A DNA stretch of 64,000 bases. Source: Minisyncoccia bacterium (GTDB lineage: Bacteria > Patescibacteriota > Minisyncoccia > Phycocordibacterales > UBA1006). The stretch lies in contig JBGATS010000004.1 in NCBI GenBank assembly GCA_044229075.1, forward strand, positions 878 to 64,877, in the 5' to 3' direction. Shown here in pieces: positions 39,534-49,957 of the stretch (the first letter of the stretch is position 1; every line of letters begins with the position of its first letter). The notes under the pieces were generated by a model. The model ran no database searches and was not told the DNA's origin. It worked only from the letters and a program-made list of their open reading frames with translations. The position numbers and the translations under genes are program-made.

Positions 39534-41030
39534 TTAATGCGTGATAAGTTCCTGATAAAGTCGATCCGTGATTACTCGATACAGATCTTGTCGTGAAACG
39601 TTTGCTGGCTGTTCTGGTGCTTCCTCGGAAACAGTTGGTGTAATTGTTTCATCGACTGTATTACTGATTACCGTCGATTGATCGGTGTGATCATTACCAG
39701 GAAGTGTGCGAGCAATATCTAGTGCAGGAGTTTGTATGTCACCAGGAACCGCAAGTCCGAGTGACTCTAAAACTGATTGAGCCTGTGTATCAACAGGTTG
39801 TGCAATAGTGGTTAACAACGCATTCACCGAAGACTGTTGTGCCAATGTCTGATCTGCAGGTTTTTGTTCCGATTGATCAAGTTCGAGTAATTTCTGTGAA
39901 TCAATCCACGCGCTGAACAATCGTTCTACCTGCTGTTGTAATCCATACTCCCGAGGAACCCGATCCAGGCTAATGAGTTTGTGAGTATAGTTACGAATCA
40001 GCATCCATACATCCTCGGCAGGTTGATCGAGGAACGTGTCTGTGCGTGTAACGAGGTCGTGCAATTCTACGAATGATCGTGTTTGTTTGATTGATTCTTC
40101 CAGGGTAATTTCTGGTGATGGTCCTCGTACTATTTCCTGGGTAAATGACCACGAAACTGCCTCTGGTACAACAGGTTCTGTTGGTGCAGATACTTCTTTG
40201 ATATCTGTTGTAGTATGTGTCGACACATCATGAATCATGTCTAGTTGGACAGAGGGTTGATCCTCTGTAGGAGAAATCGTTATTGTTGGTGAAACATTTT
40301 TTTCTGGTGGAACGTTTTCAGATGATAGCTGTATCGTCCCAAGTGTTCCTACAGGAGTTGCTCCTGTATTGTTGACTCGTGAAACAATCTCGACTGGTCG
40401 TGTATCAGATGTTGGTATAGTTTGTGAAACACTCGTGACCGATTGCTCTGGAAAATCTACTGGGTTTGGTAGAGGTTCCTGTGAAACTACTGTTGGTGAG
40501 TCTGGTTGGATAATTGGTTCTGAAAATTCTGATACGACTTCTCGGTATAACCGATCACCAGTATCAAGCGACACATCTGGAATTGGTTCGTTCAGAGAAA
40601 ATGTTTGGTAAGTCTTTTGGTCTCCTATCTGTTTCACGAGACTAAAAAAGTATGCCCCCGGCGTATGAATGATTCGATTGCCGGCATCAAAAGTAATTCC
40701 TTTTGAGGCGAGAATCTGGAGTACGCGCGGAGGAAGTTCATCAATAGAACTAGTCGAACGAAACGCCAAGGTATCTGGAACTGCTTTATCTTTTCCAAAT
40801 GTTACCGCAAGTGTTTTGTCGAGAATTTCATTGAGTGGTTTTTTATCAGAAGAAGCTTGGGTGCTGTTGCGTTCCTCGATTTTTCGTTCTACTGATTTTG
40901 TAACACCAAGAGATCCCAGGGACTGATTAACAACTGGTTGAACTGGTGCAGTCGTGGTCACCGTAGTAGTCGTTACCATACCATTGTTCACTGACTGAGT
41001 TGCAGTTTGTTTTTTTGATGAAGGCATCAT
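39534..41030 (-). CDS. Hypothetical P/T/S-rich, largely disordered protein
   Basis: 498-aa ORF; TATACT 9 nt before the ATG. Confidence 0.7.
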   Translation of the reverse strand: MMPSSKKQTATQSVNNGMVTTTTVTTTAPVQPVVNQSLGSLGVTKSVERKIEERNSTQASSDKKPLNEILDKTLAVTFGKDKAVPDTLAFRSTSSIDELPPRVLQILASKGITFDAGNRIIHTPGAYFFSLVKQIGDQKTYQTFSLNEPIPDVSLDTGDRLYREVVSEFSEPIIQPDSPTVVSQEPLPNPVDFPEQSVTSVSQTIPTSDTRPVEIVSRVNNTGATPVGTLGTIQLSSENVPPEKNVSPTITISPTEDQPSVQLDMIHDVSTHTTTDIKEVSAPTEPVVPEAVSWSFTQEIVRGPSPEITLEESIKQTRSFVELHDLVTRTDTFLDQPAEDVWMLIRNYTHKLISLDRVPREYGLQQQVERLFSAWIDSQKLLELDQSEQKPADQTLAQQSSVNALLTTIAQPVDTQAQSVLESLGLAVPGDIQTPALDIARTLPGNDHTDQSTVISNTVDETITPTVSEEAPEQPANVSRQDLYRVITDRLYQELITH

Positions 41031-41145
41031 AGTATTATTAGTATATCATATATTAAACAATACTGTGAATAGGTGTAGTGCTCTGAAAATTTCAAGATAA
41101 CTATTTTTTAAAAAATCTGATACTGTTTTATGCTATACTTTCACT

Positions 41146-42069
41146 ATGAATATTCAGCAAGCAAAACAGCGCTTCTTGGAATATGTTGAAATAGAAAAAG
41201 GGCGAGCGCTCAATACTGTACGAAACTACGAACACTATCTGGATGTGTTTATTCGTCACACCGCTATTCATGATACCAGTGATATCACGGACGAGATTGT
41301 CCGAGAATTTCGTCTGTGGCTCAATCGTCAACCAGTACACACAAAAATTCGTGGAGAACAAAAAACAATGTCAAAAAAAACTCAGAATTATTATTTGATC
41401 GCCCTTCGTGCATTCCTAAAATATTTAGCACGACAAGAGATAAAAAGTCTTCCTGCAGATCGTATTGAACTTGCAAAAGTTCCTATGCGAGAACTCGACT
41501 TGATTACCGCTGCCGAACTCAATCGACTGATGGACGCACCCACAGGTAGTGATGAACGTGCGCTCCGTGATCGTGCGATCTTGGAATTACTCTTTTCGAC
41601 AGGATTGCGTGTATCAGAATTATGCAACCTTACCACCGACATTGATTTTACTACTGATGAATTTTCTGTTCGTGGTAAAGGTGGAAAAATTCGCGTTGTC
41701 TTTATCTCTGATTCTGCACGTACCGCAGTACAACAATATATCCAAAAGAGAAAAGATATGTCCGACGCATTGTTCGTTGCTGTGTCGGATGAAACACGAG
41801 GAAGAAAACCAGCTGACCGTGATGCCAGTCTGACCCGCAGGGCAATCCTGCGCATTGTAAAACACTATGCAATCAAGGCTGGGATTTCAAAAAAGGTGAC
41901 CCCTCACGTGATCAGACACTGCTTTGCAACGGGGTTATTATCCAATGGTGCCGATATCCGCAGTGTGCAAGTGATGTTAGGTCATGCGAACATTGCAACC
42001 ACCCAGGTTTATACTCATGTCACCGATAAACAACTTCGTGAAGTTCACAAAAAATTTCATGGGCGATAA
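41146..42069 (+). CDS. XerC/XerD-family tyrosine recombinase
   Basis: RDRAILELLFSTGLRVSEL, GKGGK.R, TPHVIRHCFAT, LGH...TTQVYTH. Confidence 0.93.
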   Translation: MNIQQAKQRFLEYVEIEKGRALNTVRNYEHYLDVFIRHTAIHDTSDITDEIVREFRLWLNRQPVHTKIRGEQKTMSKKTQNYYLIALRAFLKYLARQEIKSLPADRIELAKVPMRELDLITAAELNRLMDAPTGSDERALRDRAILELLFSTGLRVSELCNLTTDIDFTTDEFSVRGKGGKIRVVFISDSARTAVQQYIQKRKDMSDALFVAVSDETRGRKPADRDASLTRRAILRIVKHYAIKAGISKKVTPHVIRHCFATGLLSNGADIRSVQVMLGHANIATTQVYTHVTDKQLREVHKKFHGR

Positions 42070-42113
42070 ATACTTCGTGACAAAAAAACCGTACCATCCT
42101 ATACTATAAATAT

Positions 42114-42788
42114 ATGAACGAGTCTTCACACAACCTCCAACACGAATATTTTGATCTTGCCTATCGCACTGGGTCTGATATTTGGACTCATATTCCTTAT
42201 CATAATCTGGCGCTCACCATGCTTCCACCTATTCCGGCGGACAGTATTGTGTTGGATGTTGGATCGGGGCGTGGATTATGGGCGTTCAAATTAATCGACC
42301 ACGGGTTCCGGGTGATTGGCCTTGATTATGTGCAATCCATTGTTGATCGAGTAAACGCAGATATCAAGCTCAACAAATATGCAGAACGTGCGCGGTTTGT
42401 TAAAGGTTCTGCAACAGACCTTCCTTTTACTGATACCAGTTTTCCATTGGTCAGCATGATTGGGTTATTACAACACCTCCCGGAATCTGATTGGGACCAA
42501 CATCTTTCCGAACTTGCACGTGTAGTACAACCTGGTGGGTATGTGCTATCCATTACCCTCTCTGATGAAACGCCACGATTTCTCGGACTTCGACCAAAAT
42601 TCAAAAACGAGTCTCCCTATAATAAATTTGGTGTGTCCTATTATTTTTTTAACAAGGATCAATTACTCGAACTCTTTGCTCGACATGGATTTCAATTGCT
42701 ATCCTATGAACACCAATTGTTCGACACGCGCAGCGATCCCGCTGATTCGTTGGGACTTCATTTTTGTGTGTTTCAGAAAATGAAATAG
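42114..42788 (+). CDS. Class I SAM-dependent methyltransferase
   Basis: VLDVGSGRG, LPF.D.SF, RVVQPGG. Confidence 0.88.
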   Translation: MNESSHNLQHEYFDLAYRTGSDIWTHIPYHNLALTMLPPIPADSIVLDVGSGRGLWAFKLIDHGFRVIGLDYVQSIVDRVNADIKLNKYAERARFVKGSATDLPFTDTSFPLVSMIGLLQHLPESDWDQHLSELARVVQPGGYVLSITLSDETPRFLGLRPKFKNESPYNKFGVSYYFFNKDQLLELFARHGFQLLSYEHQLFDTRSDPADSLGLHFCVFQKMK

Positions 42789-42790
42789 TG

Positions 42791-42833
42791 TAAATACAAA
42801 GGGTGGGCGCCTGCGGCGCCCACCCTTTGTTTA
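42791..42833 (+). repeat. CCTGCGGCG-apex hairpin family, copy 4
   Basis: TAAATACAAAGGGTGGGCGCC-TGC-GGCGCCCACCCTTTGTTTA. Confidence 0.85.
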
Positions 42834-42892
42834 TAGTATTCGTTCCAAAAAAAACTCTTTACGAATCACGATAAACATTTATACTACATTGT

Positions 42893-43690
42893 ATGAAACT
42901 CGTCTCTTGGAATGTAAATGGAATCCGCGCCGTACATAAAAAAGATTTATTTATACCAATGGTTCAGGTGTTGCAACCAGATGTGATTTGTTTACAAGAA
43001 ACAAAAGCAGAACAACATCAATCACCCATCGATTTATCTGATTATCATGAATATTGGAATTCATCACAAGGTCGCAAGGGTTACAGTGGTACCGCAATTT
43101 TCACCAAGGAAAAACCATTAAATGTATTTCTCGATTTTCCAGAAACAATAACAAAAAAATATACATTAGCAGATCGATATGGCGACCCAAATATAGAAGG
43201 TCGAGTCATTGCAATAGAATTAAAAAAATGTTTTATCGTGAATGTATACACCCCAAATTCTAAAGGCGACCTAAGCCGGCTTCCCTTGCGCGAGAAAAAT
43301 TGGGATCCTGCATTTTTGGAATATTGTAAGGAACTCGAAAAATCAAAACCAGTACTGTTCTGTGGTGATTTGAATGTTGCTCATACCTTTGATGATCTTG
43401 CCAATCCAAAACAAAACATTGGCACACACGGTTTTACTGAACAGGAACGCGCAAGTATTGATACTATAATTACGGCTGGATTTATTGATACATTCCGCAT
43501 GTTCACCACAGGAAACGGTCATTACAGCTGGTGGAGTAATTTTGGTAATGCACGATCGCGCAATGTTGGTTGGCGTATTGATTATTGGTTTGTATCGAAA
43601 AAATTGAAGCCAAAAGTGGTTGCAAGTACGATCCACCCAGAATTCCTGGGGTCAGATCATTGTCCAGTAGTACTTGACATTTCATTATAA
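42893..43690 (+). CDS. xth: Exodeoxyribonuclease III
   Basis: SWNVNGIRA, LQETK, GDLNVAH, GWRIDY, SDHCP. Confidence 0.97.
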   Translation: MKLVSWNVNGIRAVHKKDLFIPMVQVLQPDVICLQETKAEQHQSPIDLSDYHEYWNSSQGRKGYSGTAIFTKEKPLNVFLDFPETITKKYTLADRYGDPNIEGRVIAIELKKCFIVNVYTPNSKGDLSRLPLREKNWDPAFLEYCKELEKSKPVLFCGDLNVAHTFDDLANPKQNIGTHGFTEQERASIDTIITAGFIDTFRMFTTGNGHYSWWSNFGNARSRNVGWRIDYWFVSKKLKPKVVASTIHPEFLGSDHCPVVLDISL

Positions 43691-43726
43691 TAAGAATAAA
43701 ATGTGAAAGAATCAAAATTTTATAAC

Positions 43727-44062
43727 ATGAACACAGAAATTAATCTAAGCGGAGAAAAATTTGATATTTTTTCATCTACAGACAGAAAAAGCTTGTTACA
43801 AAGACTACAAGTTTTAGTAAAAAACTTTACATCTCCAGAAATAGAGATGCAATCTCATCTGGGGAAAAATTTTATTAAAAAAATAAAATTAAGAACCAAA
43901 GAGTTGGTTTCTTATGTGGTAGAAAGTCTTAAATTTTTAGTTGCTGAAATGAGTAATCAAATTCCAAAAAAAATTCTAAAGGAGTTGAATATTTTTTTAT
44001 TTAAAATTGAAAAACTTCAAGATTGTCTTTTGGAAAATAAAAAAATTGAACAAAAAATTTAA
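43727..44062 (+). CDS. Hypothetical protein
   Basis: AT-rich ORF filling the xth-pyrG gap. Confidence 0.5.
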   Translation: MNTEINLSGEKFDIFSSTDRKSLLQRLQVLVKNFTSPEIEMQSHLGKNFIKKIKLRTKELVSYVVESLKFLVAEMSNQIPKKILKELNIFLFKIEKLQDCLLENKKIEQKI

Positions 44063-44134
44063 ATAAGATTAGCGTGCCTATTATGGCACGCTTTTTTATT
44101 AGATCAAGTCACCCATGCATGCTATACTGCCTTC

Positions 44135-45733
44135 ATGAAAAATCAGAAATATATTTTTATTACTGGTGGTGTGGTATCAGGATTGGGAAAAGGTATCATG
44201 GGGGCGAGTCTGGGCTTGATTCTCAAGTCCAGCGGATTTTCTGTCGAAGCCTTGAAAATGGATCCCTACCTCAACATTGATCCAGGGACGATGTCTCCCT
44301 ATGAACACGGCGAAGTGTATGTGTTGGACGATGGATCAGAAACAGATCTAGATCTGGGGCATTATGAACGATTTTTGGGAACCCATTTATCAGCACAGAG
44401 CACCCTCTCTGCAGGAAAAATTTATCACACTATTCTATCCCGTGAACGTGCGGGGGAATATTTAGGACACACGGTCCAATTGATTCCTCATATCACTGAT
44501 TTTATTAAAACTACGTACGCAACAACGAACAGTGATATTAAAATTATTGAGATTGGTGGTTCGACTGGTGATATGGAGGCAGAAGTATTTCTGGAAAGTC
44601 TCCGTCAGTTTAAACGCGATCACCCGGAACAAGTTCTCCATGTACATCTGGGATATATTCCCTACTTAGGCGTTTCTGGAGAATACAAGTCAAAACCCAT
44701 CCAAAACTCACTCCGTGAATTACTCCGCCTAGGAATTGCGCCAGACATCATCGCTGCACGATATGAACCAAACGATCACGAGGAGCTTCCAACATCACTG
44801 CTCGAAAAAATTGCACTCTTTGGAAACATTTCCCGCGATCGGGTAATTCCTTGTCCTGATCTGGAAAATATTTATCAAGTTCCTATTCATCTCTTGGAAA
44901 ATACTTCGATCATAACACCACTTACTGATTTTTGTGGACAGGAGCTCCACCCAACACTACCTCGATTCTTTTATGATTACCAAACCCTAAAAGATAAAAC
45001 ACTTCGCATCGCACTCGTTTCAAAATATACAAAACTTTCTGATGCGTACCTCAGTGTTATTGAATCAATCAAGATAGCTGCAACTGCGCACAACGTTGCA
45101 GCTACTACTACCATCGTTGATGCAGATGATCCTGATTTGTTACAGAAACTAGAACCGTTCGATGCAATTATTATCCCTGGAGGTTTTGGGTCACGTGGTA
45201 TGGAAGGAAAAATAAAAGCAATCACCTACGCTCGTACAACTGGAAAACCATTCCTTGGAATTTGCTTGGGATTACAATTAGCGGTCGTTGAGTTTGCTCG
45301 CGCATTTAGCCATCCGAACGCGGTGAGTCGCGAGATGGAAAACACGACAGAGTCTGATGCGTTCATTATTGATTTTATTCCAGAACAACTCAAGATCGAA
45401 CAAAAAGGCGGCACCATGCGACTGGGTACCTATCCTTGTACCCTGAAACCAGGAACATTGGTCCACGAATTATTCGGAACAGAACAAACCATAGAACGAC
45501 ACCGCCATCGGTTAGAGGTACAAAATGGGTATGAAGAAATTCTTGAAAAAAACAGAATGATTATTTCTGGAAAGTTTATCAAGCCAGATACTGATGATTA
45601 CCTAGTAGAAATGATTGAGCTTGATCGTTCGATCCATCCATACTTTGTCGCAACACAATCACATCCAGAATTCTTGTCACAGCCTGATCATCCGCATCCA
45701 CTCTTTCATGGATTGATCAAAGCGTGTTTGTAA
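44135..45733 (+). CDS. pyrG: CTP synthase
   Basis: TGGVVSGLGKG, DLDLGHYERF, GICLGLQ, ERHRHR, HPEF. Confidence 0.98.
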   Translation: MKNQKYIFITGGVVSGLGKGIMGASLGLILKSSGFSVEALKMDPYLNIDPGTMSPYEHGEVYVLDDGSETDLDLGHYERFLGTHLSAQSTLSAGKIYHTILSRERAGEYLGHTVQLIPHITDFIKTTYATTNSDIKIIEIGGSTGDMEAEVFLESLRQFKRDHPEQVLHVHLGYIPYLGVSGEYKSKPIQNSLRELLRLGIAPDIIAARYEPNDHEELPTSLLEKIALFGNISRDRVIPCPDLENIYQVPIHLLENTSIITPLTDFCGQELHPTLPRFFYDYQTLKDKTLRIALVSKYTKLSDAYLSVIESIKIAATAHNVAATTTIVDADDPDLLQKLEPFDAIIIPGGFGSRGMEGKIKAITYARTTGKPFLGICLGLQLAVVEFARAFSHPNAVSREMENTTESDAFIIDFIPEQLKIEQKGGTMRLGTYPCTLKPGTLVHELFGTEQTIERHRHRLEVQNGYEEILEKNRMIISGKFIKPDTDDYLVEMIELDRSIHPYFVATQSHPEFLSQPDHPHPLFHGLIKACL

Positions 45734-45742
45734 TAACCAAGC

Positions 45743-45811
45743 AATACAAAACTCTATAAAAAAAAGGGGGGCGCCTGCGGCGCCCCCCTTTTTTTTATAG
45801 AGTTTTGTATT
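45743..45811 (+). repeat. CCTGCGGCG-apex hairpin family, copy 5
   Basis: 33-bp perfect stem AATACAAAACTCTAT-A8-G6-CGCC with TGC loop. Confidence 0.88.
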
Positions 45812-45857
45812 CGAAACATTATACCCAAAAAAATTCCTATGCTATACTACATATGTT

Positions 45858-47144
45858 ATGAAAACAAAAAAACTTTTTCTTTCTATTATTACCAGTTTCG
45901 TCCTATTAGGCGTATTTACACCAACCGTTGATGCGTTCTGTCGCCCGTTTTGGAACCCATCACAGCAATTCGACATGGAAGGCGCAATGAATGTATTTGT
46001 CCATCACGCAGACAATATTGAATCAGTAATCGTCCAACCAGCATACAAGGGAACGGTAAAAGATTTTGCATTGGTATTTGCAACGCCCAACCGTCCAAAG
46101 GTAACCGACGCACCAAAGGGTATTTTTGAACATTTGAATAACCTTACCAATCCATGGGTACCTGTACCCATGATGCTTAATGCAGATATTGCCAGCACAA
46201 GCATTGCAGAAAAATCGGTAACCGTTCACGAAATCGCAACCGCAGGTGATTACACGGCAACTATTCTGTCTGCAACATCTGCAACCGCACTTGCCGACTA
46301 TCTCCGCACTAATGGATACACGGTCAGCGCAAAAGACACCGAGGTATTCAATTATTATGTATCAAAAGGAACTTGGTATTTTGTCGCACTAAAAGCCGAT
46401 TTGACCAAGGTAACCCAAAACCCTGATGGAAAAATTGACGGACTCCTCAGCCCTATTCAGATTACTTTTGCTTCCGATCGTGCAATACTCCCTATGAAAC
46501 TCCTTGCGGGTGACATGGGGACCGTAAAACTCTTGGTATACACCCTCTCGAAAAATGGTCTCTTCATCCCTGGGGTTGATGTGCAGTATGCTAAAAAATT
46601 AACCAACAGTAGCCCACGCGTTACGACTGAATTCGATTGGGCAGCGTGGACAAAAATGAATGAAGTCATCTACGAACCGCTCGCGGGAATCCTTGCCAGA
46701 TTCAATCCTGCACAAAACTGGCTCGTTCGTATGGGTGTTGATGTAGACACAAAATCGGTCACGAGCGACTTGGTATTCACCGATATGATTCCAGGCCCTG
46801 TCAGCCAACAGAACGGAACTCCGAAACGATTCCTCCCTGAACAATTACCGAAACTTGCCGGGGTACTACCAGGAACAGGTGAAGTTTCCACCGGAGACCG
46901 TTATCAAGCATTCTTTACCAGTTCTCAAAAACTTACCTACGGGTCTCGGGGACAGCAGGTAGCGTTGTTACAGGAACTCCTTAATCAAATTATGAAACCA
47001 GCTTCCCCGCTCGTTCCTGATGGAACATGGGGACGAAAAACTGCAGCTCTCGTGCGTACTTTCCAAACCCAATTCGGTATCAAAATTGACGGTATTGTTG
47101 GAAGTCAGACGCGAACATTTATGCAGAGTTTGATGCAGAAATAG
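45858..47144 (+). CDS. DUF2330-like secreted protein with C-terminal peptidoglycan-binding domain
   Basis: AFC after signal peptide; YLRTNGY...WYFVALK; V.LLQ.LLN...DG.WG..T...FQ...DGIVG.QT. Confidence 0.78.
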   Translation: MKTKKLFLSIITSFVLLGVFTPTVDAFCRPFWNPSQQFDMEGAMNVFVHHADNIESVIVQPAYKGTVKDFALVFATPNRPKVTDAPKGIFEHLNNLTNPWVPVPMMLNADIASTSIAEKSVTVHEIATAGDYTATILSATSATALADYLRTNGYTVSAKDTEVFNYYVSKGTWYFVALKADLTKVTQNPDGKIDGLLSPIQITFASDRAILPMKLLAGDMGTVKLLVYTLSKNGLFIPGVDVQYAKKLTNSSPRVTTEFDWAAWTKMNEVIYEPLAGILARFNPAQNWLVRMGVDVDTKSVTSDLVFTDMIPGPVSQQNGTPKRFLPEQLPKLAGVLPGTGEVSTGDRYQAFFTSSQKLTYGSRGQQVALLQELLNQIMKPASPLVPDGTWGRKTAALVRTFQTQFGIKIDGIVGSQTRTFMQSLMQK

Positions 47145-47178
47145 TATTCTATAAAAAACGAGTGATCACTCGTTTTTT

Positions 47179-47448
47179 TTATGTACCTGAAGATTTTCTA
47201 TGAGGACATCCGGCCCAACAACAGGGGCGACGTTTACCTTTTTGCAGATTTTCACTCATACGCACAATATGGCTTTCTCGAGTGGTTGGTTTCTTGAAAA
47301 ACGTTATCCAACAGATCCATTCATTACGTGCCAATGGTGTCAGCGTATTCCACAGCTCTCGTAATGTATTATTTTCGAGTAAAACTGCTCGCACATCCTT
47401 TGGTACTATATGAAATGATCCGGGGAGAATGGTGATTTTTTGAGACAT
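47179..47448 (-). CDS. YdeI/OmpD-associated family protein
   Basis: LTPLARNEWICWI...GKRRPCCWAGC. Confidence 0.85.
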   Translation of the reverse strand: MSQKITILPGSFHIVPKDVRAVLLENNTLRELWNTLTPLARNEWICWITFFKKPTTRESHIVRMSENLQKGKRRPCCWAGCPHRKSSGT

Positions 47449-47498
47449 ATCTCTATAGTACCAAACTATGAAAATAAAAAAACCTTTTTAAGGTTTTT

Positions 47499-47795
47499 TT
47501 ATTTTTGCTTTCGCTTGGTTGTTGCTGCTTTCTTGGGAAGTACGTTTTTCTTTTTCCCTTCTACTAATTTTTGATCAACCAGGAAATTGTATACCGTTGC
47601 AGAAGGTTGTGCACCATTTGCAAGATAGGTTTTTGTTTTTTCGGTGTGGAAAGATACAGTTCCCATTTTTGGGTTGTATGATCCAATAACCTCAATAAAT
47701 TTTCCAGATTTTGGAGCATTGCGACGATCGGTAACTACCACACGGAAATGTGCCTCGTTTCGTCGTCCAATTCGTTGTAGTCGCATAGTTAACAT
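47499..47795 (-). CDS. rpsP: 30S ribosomal protein S16
   Basis: MRLQRIGR...FRVVV...GSYNP...GAQPS.TV. Confidence 0.96.
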   Translation of the reverse strand: MLTMRLQRIGRRNEAHFRVVVTDRRNAPKSGKFIEVIGSYNPKMGTVSFHTEKTKTYLANGAQPSATVYNFLVDQKLVEGKKKNVLPKKAATTKRKQK

Positions 47796-47857
47796 AAGTT
47801 CCCCGATAGTAGCAAAAATGGAAATAAAAGTCAAATATATACAAACCAACCATAATT

Positions 47858-48056
47858 AAATTTTTTCCCACATCCTCTTAAACACCTCTCGCATATTGTG
47901 TGCCATAACACTATCGTGGATCTCTACCAAATACGCTGGTTTCTGACTGGTTACGATCATAATAATATACGCCCCAACAATCCATTGTGACCCCGTAAAA
48001 TCATTGTCACCATCCCAAAACCGTATTTCACGCCGATCAAGTTGATGCGCAGCGGA
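47858..48056 (-). pseudogene. C-terminal remnant of a TrmB-like regulator
   Basis: Reads REIRFWDGDNDFTGSQWIVGAYIIMIV...LVEIHDSVMAHNMREVFKRMW with no N-terminus or start. Confidence 0.65.
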
Positions 48057-48082
48057 TTAAATAAAAACCACAAGAGTGGTTT

Positions 48083-48832
48083 TTATTGTTTTAATGAATT
48101 CCACATGATTTCAAAACTCTCTTTATGCATTTGAATGATAGTTGGGTCAGTTAAAACTGTTGCTGATGTAGGCTCGAGTAATCTATGTATCACTACTTTT
48201 TGAGGAATGATCACAAGATTAGTAGAAAGTGTTGTATTTTTTGGTAAGAAACGAATTTGCATATTATAATTTCTTTCAAACTGTTTATGTTTTCTAGCTG
48301 TTTCAGATTCAATAATTAATAATCGTATATTGATATTAAGCTTTGCACGGCGTGACATAAAATCTTCAAAGAATTCTTTATCTTTATCATACCATTCATG
48401 CTGATTTGAGATAACACAGTAATCCTGATGTGGTTGAATATTATTTAAGAGGTCATCATATACAGAACGTATAGCTTGGGTACCTGTATAAATTTTTGTA
48501 TCACCTGTTTTATTCTTAGTTTGATACTGTGCTAATAAGATTGGTAATATTCCTTCAAATGTTTTTGCCCGAGCGTTTAATAATTGCGATAGTTTCTGCG
48601 GATCTTCAACGATTAAAAACGATTTTAATCCCCTAACATCTTCAGAAACAAGGCCTTTTTGTTTTAACGACTCGATAATATGATAAATTGTAGTTCTTTT
48701 AATCTCTGTAACACGAGAAATTTTTAAAACCGTTGCTTCTCCTAACTGTAAAATCGCCAAATAAACCTTTGCTTCGAGCTCTGAAAGCCCAATATCGGTT
48801 ATTATTTTATAAATAGAATTGTTTTGTTTCAT
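48083..48832 (-). CDS. TrmB-family transcriptional regulator
   Basis: GLSELEAKVYLAILQLG...RTTIY.IIESL..KGLV; ends FEIMW. Confidence 0.88.
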   Translation of the reverse strand: MKQNNSIYKIITDIGLSELEAKVYLAILQLGEATVLKISRVTEIKRTTIYHIIESLKQKGLVSEDVRGLKSFLIVEDPQKLSQLLNARAKTFEGILPILLAQYQTKNKTGDTKIYTGTQAIRSVYDDLLNNIQPHQDYCVISNQHEWYDKDKEFFEDFMSRRAKLNINIRLLIIESETARKHKQFERNYNMQIRFLPKNTTLSTNLVIIPQKVVIHRLLEPTSATVLTDPTIIQMHKESFEIMWNSLKQ

Positions 48833-48978
48833 AACTGTTAATTATTTGGTCAACATAATCGTGTTGTATATATTGTATTATATACCTAATTATCTTTTTT
48901 GTCGACATATATGACATAATTATAAAAACAAATTATAGTACCAAAAATAGTACATTGTAAACAATTAAAAAAATAATT

Positions 48979-49695
48979 ATGACAAACGCAGAAAAATCAA
49001 AGGTTTCCATGGAAGAACCGACAGCACCAGAAATATTCCACATTCATATTGATTCCCAGGATCCAGTTACAGATGATACAACCGCCTTTAATAATTGGGT
49101 AGTCAAAACATTAGGTTTCTATCATCACGATTTTATTGGTCATCCTGCTGGATATAAACATTTTGAACCATCTATTCATTCAACCTTTAAAACAAGAGAT
49201 AAGAATGAATTTGAAAAAGTTTGGAGTAAACTTGTTAATAAAGTAAAAGATTTTCCAAACATGTTTGGTTATCTGGAAGGTGAATACATTCCTACTGATA
49301 AAAGAATTGCATTTAAGCCGATTACTGAATTCTTTTTACCTAAGTTTTCGGTTTTGCGCAGAACATTAACTGAAATCGAAGAATTCAGGCAAACCGAATT
49401 TCACTTGGTATTGGATAATAAATATTCAGATCAGCGAGTTATTACTGCATTGTTAGATGCAGGTTTATATGGAGCAATACTGGATAAAAAAGACTATCAA
49501 GCAATTGTACTAACTGCACAAGGTCATCGTCGTATTATCCATCCGCTTATGAAAGAGGTAAAAGACTACTTAAACCGTGTTGGTGGTGTGGTGCGATGTA
49601 CTTTAAAAGAAGAGATTTCAATTCATGGTCACAAGGTGAATATTATCGAAGAAAAACTTCCTGAAATCGTAGATCAATTAATTCTTTTATCTTAA
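48979..49695 (+). CDS. Hypothetical protein
   Basis: 238 aa, FHIHID / FHLVLD repeated halves; divergent from the TrmB gene. Confidence 0.7.
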   Translation: MTNAEKSKVSMEEPTAPEIFHIHIDSQDPVTDDTTAFNNWVVKTLGFYHHDFIGHPAGYKHFEPSIHSTFKTRDKNEFEKVWSKLVNKVKDFPNMFGYLEGEYIPTDKRIAFKPITEFFLPKFSVLRRTLTEIEEFRQTEFHLVLDNKYSDQRVITALLDAGLYGAILDKKDYQAIVLTAQGHRRIIHPLMKEVKDYLNRVGGVVRCTLKEEISIHGHKVNIIEEKLPEIVDQLILLS

Positions 49696-49710
49696 ATCTA
49701 ACTCAATAAA

Positions 49711-49945
49711 ATGGATTATTATTCTAGATTGGGTAACTTCATTTTTGATTGTAGGAAATTTCTGGTATGCATCAGTTAAAAAAGAACGAGTTAATTCAAA
49801 AAGATATAATTGGTTTCAAATTATTGGAGGAGTTCTCATGATAACAACTGGATATTACAAGGGATTATACGGAATGATCTTTCGGCAATTATTTTTTGTA
49901 GTTATTGCAACCAGAAATCTTTTTAACCAAAAACCTAGAACATAA
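49711..49945 (+). CDS. Small 3-TM membrane protein with apparent frameshift after the start codon
   Basis: ATG GAT at 49711 is one base out of frame with IILDWVTSFLIVGNFWY...YNWFQIIGG. Confidence 0.5.
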
Positions 49946-49957
49946 GTTCTAGGTTTT

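Noticed and set aside
41146-42069. Tyrosine recombinase as a prophage or island integrase
   Set aside because: Size and motifs fit housekeeping XerC/D; no phage genes or flanking att repeats seen
32145-45811. Hairpin family as a CRISPR array or a classical integron
   Set aside because: Copies are kilobases apart with no spacer periodicity or cas genes; no RYYYAAC/GTTRRRY attC ends; the recombinase looks like an ordinary Xer without an IntI insertion
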